Origin: the human T2T-CHM13v2.0 reference genome, Homo sapiens
NCBI RefSeq assembly: GCF_009914755.1
Contig: NC_060927.1
DNA: 64,000 bases
Reading direction: 5' to 3' (one strand)
The notes beneath the pieces are model-generated. The model was not told the origin of the DNA. It made no database searches and saw only the letters and a list, made by a program, of their open reading frames with translations. This document shows, in pieces, positions 43,339-58,474 of this stretch; position 1 is the stretch's first letter; each line of letters begins with the position of its first letter. Position numbers and translations under genes: made by a program.

Positions 43339-44004
43339 GTGTGTTTTCAGAAGGGTCTCCAAGGCTGCAGCTTTGTCCCAGGAAGTCAGCCTATGGTGTA
43401 TCCCTCAGATGCTCAGATCCCACTGTCTGGGATGATCCCTTATACCTTTTCCTTATTTCGATAATTATAGTGGGATGGGATGGTTTATAAGACTTAGAGT
43501 AGGGCTGCCTAAGGATGAGGTTAAGATGAAGAACACTGTATCCTCAGCATTTTCATTGTTGCAAAAAAATTTGAGGGTAGAGGAGGGTCAAATACATGCC
43601 AAAAAAAGAAATTGCTATGATAGGGGAAAACGATAGTCTTTCGGCGCCATGCTTTGTTGGATTTTTAACAACTTCAGGAAGAGTGGGGAAAGTTGCTGAT
43701 GAGTATTATCACATGTATAACTATATATAGTAGAATCTCAATATAATATTGTCTGCTGGGTCTACAGCCAGAGATTTTGTCTAGTGAAGAACAGTATCAA
43801 AAGCACCTCATTAAAAGTGTTAGGCTGAGAGGTGGCCCCATTGGCATTATCCCTGAGGACAGCATTCTGGCAAAGCTTCAGTGTGTACTGCTACTTTACA
43901 AACGCAAATACTTTTCCTGCACTCACTTTATTAATGTCAGCAATATTTATTAATTGTGCCCCTCAGAACACTGTTTTTACTCATTCTCCTGTTTTAAGTT
44001 TCTA

Positions 44005-44361
<357 letters not shown>

Positions 44362-44505
44362 CTACCCAAATTGTAAGGGAGAGAGGAATCATTTAACCAG
44401 TAATTCTGATGCCTTAGTATAAAATAAAACGACTATATGTTGGCCTGCCATCTATGTCCTTGTTGATCTGAGAAGAGGGATCTGTAGGGTAACCAAAGAT
44501 AGAAT

Positions 44506-45078
44506 TTTTTTTTCCCTTTTTTTAACTTTTATTTTTGTTTCGGGGGTACGTGTAAACATTGTTACATAGGTAAATTTGTGTCATGGGGGTTTGTTGTACA
44601 GATTATTTCATCACTGAGGTATTAAGCCTAGTACCCAATAGTTACCTTTTATCCTTCTCTCCCTCCTTTCACCCTTCACTCACAAGTAGACCCCAGTGTC
44701 TGTTGTTCCCTTCTTTGTGTCCATGTGTTCTCATCATTTAGCCCCCACTTATAAGTGAGAACATGTGGTATTTGATTTTCTGTTCCTGCATTTGTTTGCT
44801 AGGGACAATGGCCTCCAGTTCCATCTATGTTCCTGCAAAAGACGTGACCTCATTCTTTTTTATGGCTGTATAATATCCCATGGTATATATGTACCACATT
44901 TTCTTTATCCAATCTATCATTGATGGACATTTAGGTTGATTGCATGTCTTTGCTATTGTGAATAGTGCTGCAATGTACATTTGCATGCATGTGTCCTTAT
45001 GGCGGAATGATTTATATTGCTCTGGGTATATGCCCAGTAACGGGATTGCTGGGTTGAATGGTAGTTTTGCTTTTAGCT
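44506..45078 (-). mobile_element. 5'-truncated older L1PA/PB
   Basis: Antisense L1 3' end; TSD CAAAGATAGAAT at 44494 and 45079. Confidence 0.85.
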
Positions 45079-45900
45079 CAAAGATAGAATATTACTAATA
45101 TATACTCTCTTGAACTAGGAGATTTAAGTCTTTAATTCTATATCTAACTCAGTCTAGTAAACACTAGATATTAAAAATGTATAGGGCCCTAGACTGTGCT
45201 TTTGGGATACATACATGAATTGGGATACTCTAGTCAGACAAATAAAGAATGGTGTAATAAGTGCTATCATTTCTATAAAGAAATAAATACAAATTGATGT
45301 AAGAGCATAGAGGAGTGAGTGATCGATTATGTCCAGGAGGTTTGGAGATCAGATTAATATGTGAACTCAGTGTCTCAATGGACACGTAGTATTTTGCCAG
45401 GCAAAGAAGTAGAAGTTCCAGCACCTAGAAATAATAAATACTTGAGGTGATGGATACTTAAATACTCTGACATGATTATTACACTTGCCCTATATGTAAG
45501 ATGTCTCACATGTACCCCATAACATTATACAAATATGTATCAATAAAAAAAAGAAAAAGAAATACGGAACTGTCAGTCAAAAGGAACAGTGTGATCAAAG
45601 TCTGTGGTATATTCAGGAACAGCAAGGGTTAGGTAGGGGTGGGGCAGGTGGGATAGGGGAGAGCAGAAGATGTTAGAAAAGTATAACAAAGAATTCTTGG
45701 TGGGTAGCTCAAAAGTTGTCTTATATGACCACTGAAGGATTATCTGTAAGCTATAAGATCCTATTACCCACCATGTCTGGATATTGAATTGTCACCATCT
45801 CTGCAGTTGTAAAGAAGAATTATTGCTTTATCATTTTAATTATTTTATTTTTATTTGCATTTTACTCTTGCTAATTCCTCATCATTTTGCTCCATGGCAG

Positions 45901-46113
45901 TCTGTGTCTGTGTGGAGTGTTGCAGGACGAGTGGAAATGACTGTTTCCAAGTTCATGGCAATTCAGAAGGCCCTTCAGCCAGACTGGTTCCAGTGCCTCT
46001 CCGATGGAGAAGTATCTTGTAAGGAAGCAACTTCCATAAAAAGGGTCAGAAAGTCTGTTGACCGATCACTTCTTTTCTTGGATAACTGTCTGCGGCTGCA
46101 GGAAGAGTCAGAG
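45901..46113 (+). CDS. QTRT2: QTRT2 coding exon ([10 protein letters not shown]...LQEESE)
   Basis: GGCAG| acceptor, GAG|GTAAGG donor; 213 nt. Confidence 0.95.
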
Positions 46114-46586
46114 GTAAGGCTGTGCCACTAACCACTCCTTTCTCTTGACACTCTTGCCTCCCTTACATTCTGTGATACCACCTTTTCTGTTCTTCCTCCT
46201 ACTGCTGTGCTCCTCACTTCTTTGTCTATTTTACTCTCTATTTTTATTTTCTTTTTGAACCTTAAGTATTATTGTTCTCTAGGTTTCTATCTTAGGTTTC
46301 TCTTTTCATCCCTTTCTATATGTTGTCCCTGGGCAGCCTTCCCTTAGTTTTAATTGCTGAATAATTCTTAAATTGTATATACTATCAAGATTATTCTACT
46401 TAGCTTCAGAATTATGTAATTACTGGGCTATAGGTAGGTTATGTCACTAGAATATCCCTCAAACTCAGAAGTGACCGGATTCATCATTTTATCTCCACAA
46501 ACCTGTTCTTGCTTTTGCTCTTCCTCAATACTTTATCTCCATTTATGGCATCCACCAAGCTCCTCAGCCCAGAAATTTGAGCTTTT

Positions 46587-46916
<330 letters not shown>

Positions 46917-47421
46917 TAATATCCCACTGTTCACTCTTCCTTGATTCCATTTGCCTAAATATGTCTAGAATCTTCCCCTCCTTATTGCCACCTTAAGCCG
47001 TAACTGCATCATCTCTTACGTATGTAATTACCTTTGAATTCTTCTCTCTGCCTCCATTCTCATTTTTATCCAATCCATCTTTCAGCCCTGTTATCCAAAA
47101 GATCTTTGTAAAGCACAAACAAGAGCTCCTTGCCCACTTCCCTAAAAGAATTTAATGACTCTCCACTTCAACTCTTACATGGCATGGACAGCCTGCTGTG
47201 ATGTGGCCTCTACCTACTCCTCCAGCTCACTGTGGGCTACTTTTTCCTGTGACTTGCACTCTGACCTTTCTGAGTTGCTTGGAATTCCTTGAGGCATTAG
47301 CTTGTTTCATTCTGTACACGGATTTCCTTCTGGACTGTTTCTTGTTTCTGCTTTTCTTATCTCTAGCTATATTCCCTCTTTTGTTTCCACATGAGGCTCA
47401 TTTCATTCCATGTATCATTCA

Positions 47422-47695
47422 TTTTTTTTTTCTTTTCTTTTGAGACAGTCTCACTCTATTGCTCAGCCTATCAGGCTAGAGTGCAGTGGGGCAGTCTTGG
47501 CTCACTGCAACCTCCAACTCCAGGTTCAAGCAATTCTCCTGCCTCAGCCTCCAAGTAGCTGGGATTACAGGCATGCGCCACCGTGCCTGGCTAATTTTTG
47601 TATTTTTAGCTGAGACGAGGTTTCACGATGTTGGTCAGACTGGTCTTGAACTCCTGATCTCAGGTGATCCACCCACCTTGGCCTCCCGAAGTGCC
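47422..47695 (-). mobile_element. AluS
   Basis: Antisense Alu, slightly 5'-truncated. Confidence 0.85.
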
Positions 47696-48639
47696 ATGTG
47701 TCATTCTGTAGAACTGGTTCCTGATAGTTCCAGGGAATTCAATTCATTCTTTGCTACCCCTTTAATTAGTATGTAGCTATATTTTAGCCCCAATCATATT
47801 GTATTTCAATGATTTCTTTATGCATTTGTCTTCATTAAACTGTGGCCTCTTTAAGCTCAATTTCTGTGTATAAGTTGGGTATCTTCATCATGCAGCAGAA
47901 TGCCTTCCCTGTCTTATTCACTGGTTCCTCTTATTCTGAATGCCCTTCAATATTGAAGCTCTCCAAGATTCGGTTGTTGGCTTTCTTTTCTTCTCCATAT
48001 ATTACCTGGGTTAGGGATGGCGAATGGGTTTCATCTGACATATTGTAAGCCCTCAGTAAATGTTTGCTGATGGTGAATGGTTATGATGGGGTGAAGATGA
48101 AGCTGTAGTGGTAAATCAGGGATACTGATAGCAGAGTTAATTAAGTGGGAAGAGGATTCAGAGAACAGTAGAGATGAGGGAACAGAAGATAGTGATCAGA
48201 GGAGAGAATTTTAATATTTGAGATCATGTATGTGGAGTAATCCTGAGCGATGATCACATCCCACTATGGCAAGCGCATTGAGTTTGAGGAACATCATTAT
48301 ATTGAATTTAGCAATAAAAATATAATTTGGCTAATAAAGTTAATATAAATGAAATAATTAGAGGAAACATAGTTATTCTGAATAGAATTCACAGTATATG
48401 TAACAAGAGTTTGGTGTGGGGACATTGCTGTGTGTCTGGGCAGTTAGTGTTGGTGGCTTGCTAGTAATTGTTTTGAGCCAGTCATTATCCTTGTAGGACT
48501 AGTAATGTTTGGGTAAGTAGAAAGCAGGACAGCGAGTGTGACAAAGATGATTATTAGAAAGGTCAGATGAGCCTCAAGTCCCTCATCTGTGTTGTTGCAG
48601 TCAGCCTCATCATTTCATATTACTTCTGCATATTTGTGG

Positions 48640-48952
<313 letters not shown>

Positions 48953-50779
48953 CTTACTTATGCATATTTATTGGTCAAACGTGTAGTCCCTCTCCATACC
49001 CTTTATTATTGTCTTGACATGATTATTAATAGTGCCCCCCCATTCTTCCATTTTAGATAATAAATTATATGATCGTGCTTCTTACACCCAGGAAAGGGAG
49101 TTTCCCGAATAGTCATGCTAGTCGTATAAGCAGGCAGGCCTATGTAACTCTCTGCTTTGTGTTTCTGCATACATCTTTTCCCATGATTCCCTCCCTGTCT
49201 TATTGACTGGCTCCTCTTATTCTGAATGCCCTTCAATATTGAAGCTCTCCAAGATTCGGTTTTTGGCTTTCTTTTCTTCTCCATATATTACCTGGGTTAG
49301 GGATGGCGAATGGTTTCAACCGAGGTGGTCGGGTGCAGCAAGAAGAGAGTCATCTGTTAGTCACATCTGCTGTGGAATCAGGAGTAGAGAGTGGTAGCAT
49401 CATGCCAAGTGTCTGCCATTCTAGCCTGGGCAATCATGTTTGTATCACACATAGCCTTATCTTTAGGTTCATTTAGGTTCAGTGGCTGAATTAAGATTGC
49501 CATTTGGACATCCTGCTGATTCCTCAAATTCAGAACACACAGAACAGAGTAATCATCTTGCTTCATCCACTGTTTTTCTAGGAGTCCCTGCCTTTTGCTC
49601 TTATCACCATCTACCTGTACTTGCAAAACAGGAGCCAGGAGTCATTTGAGACTTTGTCTTTATCCTCTCCTTGGACAACTAATCAGTCAAGTTATGTTGA
49701 TCCTACTTCCTGATAGGTTTCAAGTTTTATCTTTCCTCTTCATCCACACTGCCACTGCCTTAGTCCGGATCATCTCATCTTTCACCTGGATCATTAAAGT
49801 TGTCTGCTATTCCATTCTTTAATCGTACTCACCCTTAATTTATTTTTCACACGGCAGCCAAAGTGTTCTTTCTAGAGGAATAGTCTGATTATGTCCCTCC
49901 TGCTTAAACTAAAGAGTGAGATTCTCTCTTCACAGTGTTCCAGGCCTCCTCTCCATCCCTTTCTTCTACTGGAGAGCCATTGTTGATTTGTGTATTTTCT
50001 TGCAAAACTTATTTTTTGCAATTACATACACATAATTAATACATAGATATACATGGCTGTATTACATCAGTATGATCATATATTCAGCAATTTGCTTGTT
50101 TTTCATTTAGCAATATCCTGAAACTCTTTCTCTATAAATGCATATATTGCTATTATCTACTGCATTCTTTTTAAACAGCTGCGTAGGAAGCCATACTGTG
50201 TATATATTATGATCTACGTAAGCCTTTACTCTATGGATAAACATTTAGGTTGTTTCCAGTTTTTCATTATTCTAAACATCTTTGTAAATAAACCTTGGCA
50301 CATGTGAATGAGTATAGGAGAGATTGTTAGAAGTGGAATTTTAGGATCCATAGATAAAAGCTGGACATTTCAATAAGTGCTGTCCACTTTCCTTCCTAAG
50401 ACGTTGAAATGATTTTTACTCTGTGTTTATCAGGTTATGTACGTACCATTTCCCTTACAGTTTCACCTCTACTATGTTGTTATCTATGTTTTAACCTTTT
50501 TGTTATTATATGGGCAAAAATGGTATCTCGTTGTTTCCAATTTTGCATTACCTTACTAACAAGGTTTAGTAGTTCTTCATACGTGTATAGGGCATTCACA
50601 TTTATTTGTTTGAATTTCATATTTACGTATTGTACCTAGATTTCTATGAGGTTGTCATTCATTTCTTTAGAGTATTGGTTGGAGCTCATTTTATGCTGTA
50701 GATATTTAAATATTCCTCCAAAGAGTAAGTTCTCCTTTGCCTTTGTTAATGGTATACTTTAGTAGAGAAGTTTTACTGA

Positions 50780-51077
50780 TTTTTTTTTTTTTTTTTTTTT
50801 TGAGACAGACCCTTGCCCTGTCATCTAGGCTGGAGTGCAGTGGCGCAATCTCCACTCAGCGCAGCCTCCTCCTCCTCGGCTCAAGCGATTCTCCCACCTC
50901 AGCCTCCCGAGTAACTGGGACTACAGGTGCATGCTGCCACACCCGGCTGATTTTTGTATTTTTAGTAGAGATGGGGTTTCACAGTGTTGGCCAGGCTGGT
51001 CTTGAACTCCTGACCTCAAGTGATCCACCTGCCTCGGCCTCCTGCTGGGATTACAGACATGAGCCACCATGCCTGGC
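50780..51077 (-). mobile_element. Alu inside an old antisense L1M
   Basis: Poly-T plus dimeric Alu. Confidence 0.87.
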
Positions 51078-51390
51078 AAGTTTTTGTACTCAAACTTGTC
51101 AACCTTTTCCTGTAAGCTTTAGCTTGTTTAGGAAGGCATTCCTTACCCCAAGATTGTAAAAATACTCAATATATTCTTCTAAAACTTGTATAACCATATT
51201 TTTTATGTTTAGCTATTAGGTCCATTGAATTTGTTTTTAAAATGGATGGTGTGTAGTAGTGGTCTTTATTTTATTGGTTTGTGAGTAGATAGTCAGTTGT
51301 CTCAACAGTTTCTAAGTTCCTAAAGTTATCTCTAGCTAAGAGACTTGGAGGTAGTCTAAAGCAGGCCTGGATAGTCATTTCACAAATTAA

Positions 51391-51745
<355 letters not shown>

Positions 51746-52017
51746 CTAATTTAATCTAAGCCAGAACAAGACTGCATATGTTGAATGCATCTTTTTCCTC
51801 AGTCTTTTCTTACCTGATTGGTAAAGTATGTTTTTCAAAGTATGTTCCTCAGAGCCTTAAAGGTTCTTAGGGAGGAGGGAGCACCATCCCCTTTAATGCT
51901 TCAACTACAGCAGCTTCACTGAGGTCTCTTCTATACATTGGACTTCCATGTAAGGTTCATTTAAACAAAGGTCTCATACTGAAAATGGTTAAAAACATAT
52001 CATCCTTCTTACCTCAG

Positions 52018-52217
52018 GTTCTTCAGAAGAGTGTGATCATTGGAGTGATTGAAGGTGGAGATGTGATGGAAGAGAGGCTGAGGTCAGCACGAGAGACAGC
52101 CAAGCGGCCTGTGGGTGGCTTCCTTCTGGATGGTTTTCAAGGAAATCCAACAACCCTGGAGGCTAGACTACGCTTGCTGTCATCAGTCACTGCAGAGCTG
52201 CCGGAGGACAAGCCAAG
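52018..52217 (+). CDS. QTRT2: QTRT2 coding exon ([14 protein letters not shown]...PEDKPR), ends at a GC donor
   Basis: CTCAG| acceptor; TGT motifs GVIEGG and LPEDKPR; continuity with the next exon requires AG|GCCAGT. Confidence 0.92.
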
Positions 52218-52987
52218 GCCAGTGTTCGGTTAGGACACAGGCTGGCCTCAAGGGATGCAGGGAAGGAGTGCTGGCCGATTGTATATTAAATAGTGTCTGT
52301 GCATAGGCATGCCTTTGATGTTTTGTTTATGTCCTTTCTGGGCTGAGTCTGCTGAGGTGCTGAGGCAGACTGTAAGGGGAGTTTCCATCAAGGCTGTCCT
52401 GGCCTTGATTTCAGAATGTAGAGTAGAGGATAATTGCCATTTGAATTATGTTATTTGATCCTCCTAAGTGAGAGCAAGTATTATACTGTTTCCCCTCATT
52501 CTTGTGCCAATTACAAATATTGTTGTTATAATATGGTACCTGGAGACCAAGTGTAAAGTCACATGGAATGCTGGTTTAAATTGAGGAAAGTTGAGGACAG
52601 ATCTGGGATGACTAGTGAGAAGATGAGCTCCACCAACAAGAACTTAAGAAGCTCTTAGATTTGAGGCTGGTAGTGAGTGGTGTCAATTTTTGAAATTGAG
52701 GGGACTGACAACACTAGTAGGATTGGTTCTTATGTTTCCATAAATTGCAGGATTCACCTTGTGCTGATAAGAAAAGACGATCTGCAAGATTTGAAGCTAC
52801 AAATTCTGAGTTTCTGAATGCAGCTGATATCGTATTAGGCTACCCACATTTTTTTTAATGGTTTGTTATCTTAATGTGAATATTCATGCTTTTTTCCTGC
52901 ATGTATATTAAGAAGTTTGGTTGTGGGGTGCTGCTCCATAGTCTCTAGAGCTGTTGGATAGTATATAATATGTGTAATTTTACTACT

Positions 52988-53270
<283 letters not shown>

Positions 53271-53895
53271 ATTTTACTACTTTTTTAAAGATCCAAGTAC
53301 AACTTGGAGGAAAGCACGTGAATCTTACATACAGCTCAATTAATTTTCACATGTCTACACTTGTGTAAACACTACCCAGAACAAGGTATTTCCATCACCT
53401 TAGCCAGCCTTTGATCCCCAATTTTAACCTAGTTCTTTTGTGTTCATTGCTCCCTCTCCTGTACTTGTTTCACTCTGGTGCACATAACACTTCAGCACCA
53501 GTATTTCTAGACATTTTCTGGACTTCTTCATGTTAAGTGCTCACAGATGTCTGTTACTGAATTTGAAAGCTGGATTGTTTTTCTTTCTATAAGTGTGTAG
53601 AAATGCCAGCTTCAGTTGGATAGGAGTTCTAAAACATTACATCACTTGAAGGAAACTGTAGTCAGGAAAACCAGCATATATTTGTAAGAGTTCTGCTTAT
53701 TTAATATTACATGAGCCTTTTTTTTTTTTTTGCATTTCTGTGCCAGTTCATAGAAAGGGGCTATAGGTAGTAAAACAAACATAAAAAAGAGCAGCAGCCA
53801 GCCAGCCCTGATTTAGTACATCTCCACATCTGTTTTCATGGAGTGGCAAAACCTGGCCGAGTGCCATTAATAGTCTCAGAATGCCTTACCTATTA

Positions 53896-54131
53896 CAAGT
53901 TGAGTATCCTTTATCCAAAATGCTAGGGACCAGAAGTGCTTGAGATTTTGGATTTTTTCAGATCCTGGAATATTTGCAGAGTACGTACTGGTTGGGCATC
54001 CCTAATTTGAAAGTCCAAAATCCAAAATTCTCCAGTGAGCATTTCCTTTCAGTGTCATGTTGGTGCTCAAAAAGTTTCAGATTTTGGAGCATTTTGGATT
54101 TCAGATTTTCGGATTAAGGATGCTCAACCTG
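53896..54131. mobile_element. Tigger4a/Zombi-like MITE
   Basis: TIRs CAAGTTGAGTATCCTT / AAGGATGCTCAACCTG with TA flanks. Confidence 0.8.
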
Positions 54132-54527
54132 TACCTTGGAAACCACCATCTTATTCCACAGTGCAGACTTTTTATTAATGGAGAAAATATAAAGAAAGCC
54201 AACTAGATTCTTAGATCCTATGGCCAGAGGTGAAATCCTGACAGCGAGAGTTGCTTTGTAAATTAACTTATGAGGGATATAGTGGATTAAAATGTCTTTA
54301 TTGCACCAATTATGAAAAATTATAGGCAAAATACAGTTAAAACAAGCAAAATATTTCAGCAAGAAATAAAGCACACAGCTTTGCACTCCTAAAAAATCTA
54401 TATAGTGTATAGAAGATAGGCTATAAAGGGCTATAAAGTTTAGTTTATGACCAGGGAGGTTGTTCAGAAGGATGATAGTTGAGAGGAAGCTAACCTTTAT
54501 TGAACTTCTCTCTGGGATCAGAAACTA

Positions 54528-54860
<333 letters not shown>

Positions 54861-55180
54861 TCACAACAATTCTGTGGGGGTATATATTATTTGCTCTTGT
54901 TTTTAAGATTAGATAACTAAAACTCAGAGAAGTTAAGTAATCTTTCCAAAGTGACACAGCAGATACATAAATGACAGAGCTAGGATTCAAGCCCCAGTTT
55001 TTCTGGCTCCAAAGCCATATGTTCTTTCTGCTGCATGTTGCTGTCCACTGCCTGCCACTCTAACCATGATTGGTGTTTTTCATTATTACTATTTTTTTAG
55101 TGCCTTGTTCATTAAAAGGACTTTCTGATTTCCTTCCTTGCATTGTCCTCATGTCACTGTTCTTATTCTTACTTTTACAG

Positions 55181-55332
55181 GCTCATATCTGGTGTTAGTC
55201 GGCCAGATGAGGTGCTCGAGTGTATTGAAAGAGGAGTGGACTTATTTGAGAGTTTTTTCCCTTATCAAGTAACAGAGCGGGGATGTGCCCTGACTTTCAG
55301 TTTTGATTACCAGCCGAATCCTGAAGAGACAC
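55181..55332 (+). CDS. QTRT2: QTRT2 coding exon ([27 protein letters not shown]...PEET)
   Basis: TTACAG| acceptor, C|GTAAGT donor; 152 nt; GVDLFES corresponds to the TGT GVDMFD motif. Confidence 0.95.
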
Positions 55333-56633
55333 GTAAGTCTTTTGAAGTTTATCTCTTATCCTTAAGTTTCTTCCATTTCCTGTTAATTTTTGGCTTGAGT
55401 CACAAGACAGAAATATGTATATATAAAGCCAGTCTTTTACAAAACTACATCTCTGTTTCTTATCTGTGTGCTCTGGCATGTTGGCACACAAATCCAGGTA
55501 CTTAATACTATACATGTAGCTCATCAATATTAGGATGTGATTTTATAGTGAAAAGAACCAAGAAAAACAAAACCTCCTCTGTTAACAGCCTGAAAAAAGA
55601 ACATTCAGAGTGAATTGTGATGAAAATCATAAGAAAACCTTTGAACTGCTTGGTAAAAGTTAACTTGTTTTCTCACAAAAGAGTTTTTGTCTTTGCTTTG
55701 CAAACCCTATGCTATTAAAATACAGGGAGACTCATGATCCTCTGATCCTAGTGTTACTTCTTGCATTTTTTTTTTAATACACCAGGCTTTGAAAGCTATT
55801 TTCCTTTGCTAATGTTGCTTTGAAGGACTGCCATTTTCTTTTATTATTTAGTTATCCAGAAGTTAAGAAAGTCAGTTTCGGATTCTAACACTTACCTGGA
55901 GGTAGAAAAGGAGCTAGGATACAGACTTTGGGCTGGAGTTGCTTGAAGTAGGTTTTCAGGAGAGTGTCGCCTGCCCAGTCTTCCCTCTGGCCTTCAGAAA
56001 TGACCTTTCCTTTCCTTTTCCTGCTGTCCTTGGAACTTTTCCTTAACCACATCAACCTTACATTTGAATAGGACCAGAAACTTCCTTAAAGGTTCATTTT
56101 ATTCCTCACAGGTAACTAAAATTTCATTCAGATGTTATACTTTTATGAAGCAACTTAACCATTAATCTAAATGGAATTACTCCTGGAAACAAAATAAATC
56201 AAGTTGATCAAATTCTTAAATATATAGGAGGTCAATTTTACTGTCCTTTTAGACAGACCAGAATATAATGTATGTGGATAGGTATACCATTAACACTATA
56301 AATTTTCACATCTTCATTTACAAACTGAATTATTTCCACCAGAACAGAGGTAACTGTTAGTCATTCAGTACCAGGAATATGCAAAGCTCTAAAAAGAACC
56401 TGATTTGAGTTCTCTGTAAAGAACAAGATCATTTTTGGCCAGAGAAAGCCAAATTTCTTCATGATTAGGAAAAAGGAAATAGTTTGAATGTTTAAACAAA
56501 GTATTATTAACTCTGTGTGTGTAGTAAATTAAAGTCCTTTGCCAGTTACATAGTGAAAATTCCAAAGAAATTACTTGGCAGCAGTTCTCCCAAATGACAA
56601 GAGTTTTCTGAAGTGTCAGGGCTTAAAAAAAAT

Positions 56634-57009
56634 TCTTTTTCAGAAATAGGGTCTCACTCTGTTGCCCAGGCTGGAGTGTAGTGGTGTGATTATGGCTCAC
56701 TGCAGCCTTGAACTCCTGAAAAAAGAACATTCAGAGTGAGTTGTGATGAAAATTATAAGAAAACCTTTGAACTGCTTGGTAAAGTTTAATTTGTTTAACT
56801 TTAATGGGCACAAGCCATCCTCCCACCTCAGCCTCCCGAGTAGCTGGGACTACAGGTGCATGCCACCATGCTGGGCTAATTTTTAAATTTTTTGCAAAGA
56901 CAGGATCTTGCTGTGTTGCCCAGGCTGGTTGTGCACTCCTGACCTCAGGCGATCCTCCTGCCTTAGCCTCCCAAAGTGCTGGGATTACAGGCATGAGCCA
57001 CTGCGGCCA
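56634..57009 (-). mobile_element. AluJ interrupted by a ~90-bp non-Alu insert
   Basis: Alu sequence stops at GAACTCCTG (56718) and resumes at GGGCACAAGC (56806). Confidence 0.88.
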
Positions 57010-57478
57010 GCTGAGAGCTTCATTATGGTTTCCCACATCAGCATGCAAATTTATGGGAACAAAATTATAACAGCTCTGTGCCCAGTGCTCAGGTTGCTTC
57101 TCTTATACCTTTGACCTTGATAAAATTACCCTCTTAAGACCACCTGTCTTTCTCCTGGGACCAACACTGAGATTTGTTATCATTTGTTCCCAAAATACCC
57201 CTTAACTACTTGTCCCTGTTCCAGGCAGTTGGCTTTTTGTAGAGTAGCTGGTGTTTCTTTTGCTGTGCAAAGAATGTTTCTTCTTAAAGCAGAGAGTTGA
57301 AGGGAACAATTCAGGTTGCCATTTAATTCTGTGTAGTCTGGGTTCCCTAGAGGGCCAGTGTCTCCATATAGAATACATACATTAAAACCATGTTCTACTT
57401 CAATCTATTTGGAATATAGGTAGTTCAAAGCCAAGTATATTTGCATGTACATTATGATAAGGGATAGTGATAACTCCA

Positions 57479-57480
<2 letters not shown>

Positions 57481-57524
<44 letters not shown>
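57481..57524. repeat. (AC)22 microsatellite
   Basis: Directly visible. Confidence 0.95.
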
Positions 57525-57527
<3 letters not shown>

Positions 57528-57947
57528 ACCAACAGTTAACTTTTGGTTTATTTATTTTGCCCAGGCTGGTGGTGTACTCCTGACCTCAGGCAATTCTCCT
57601 GCCTTAGCTTCCCAAAGTTTTGGGATTATAGGCATGAGCCATCATGCCTGGCCACCAATGTTTTTAAATTATTTCTTGATGATACGATTATATGTTATAT
57701 ACTTGTAACTATAATTTGCTTAGATATTATTGAATCTCTAAATTGTTTTGGTGTTGTAGATAAGAGGACGGTGACAGTCTTGGAGCATATTGCTGTTTTC
57801 CTTTTCTTGTGTGATTTCCTTAGGATAAATTCTCAGGAGTGAAATTACAGAGTCAAAGATCATGAAATAATAACTAAAATAAAATGTTTCCAATGGCCAC
57901 TTCTTATCTGATCATCATTCAAGCCTTTTTATTGGTTTGTCCTTCAG

Positions 57948-58065
57948 TACTACAACAAAATGGAACACAAGAAGAAATAAAATGTATGGATCAAATAAAG
58001 AAAATTGAAACAACTGGTTGCAACCAAGAAATAACATCATTTGAAATTAATCTGAAGGAAAAAAA
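57948..58065 (+). CDS. QTRT2: QTRT2 coding exon ([10 protein letters not shown]...INLKEK)
   Basis: TTCAG| acceptor, AA|GTAAGA donor; 118 nt. Confidence 0.94.
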
Positions 58066-58474
58066 GTAAGAAATTTTTAAAAGTTTGGATTTTGCTTTCT
58101 GACTTCTGAATTTTAGTCTGTGTTAAAAGTTTATGGGACAATTCTCAATTTATGATTTCATAAAATATTAATAGTTGGGTATTATTTAGGCCTTCTCAAA
58201 TTCGATTTCAAAAAAACTCTTTATTTTCTTCAGATGAATTTGTAGACTTCGTCTTGTCAGAAGACTGGAGCCAGGTAATGATTGCTTTAGAAAAGCTGAC
58301 AGAAAGATTAAACCAAATCCATTGTTTGGCGTCTTGTATTCCTTTAGAGCATAATAAGGAGTTCAAGATAAAACAACAAAGTTTTAAATTGTAGGGTGCC
58401 TAAGCCATCTTTGTTAGATACAGGCTGTAAATCTTACGTAAGATATTTATCTCTATAAAGAACAAATTAAGATA

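Noticed and set aside
43339-43490. ORF extensions past QTRT2 exon boundaries (also 45784.., 55333.., 60882..)
   Set aside because: Intron read-through; the spliced exons already give an exact 415-aa product
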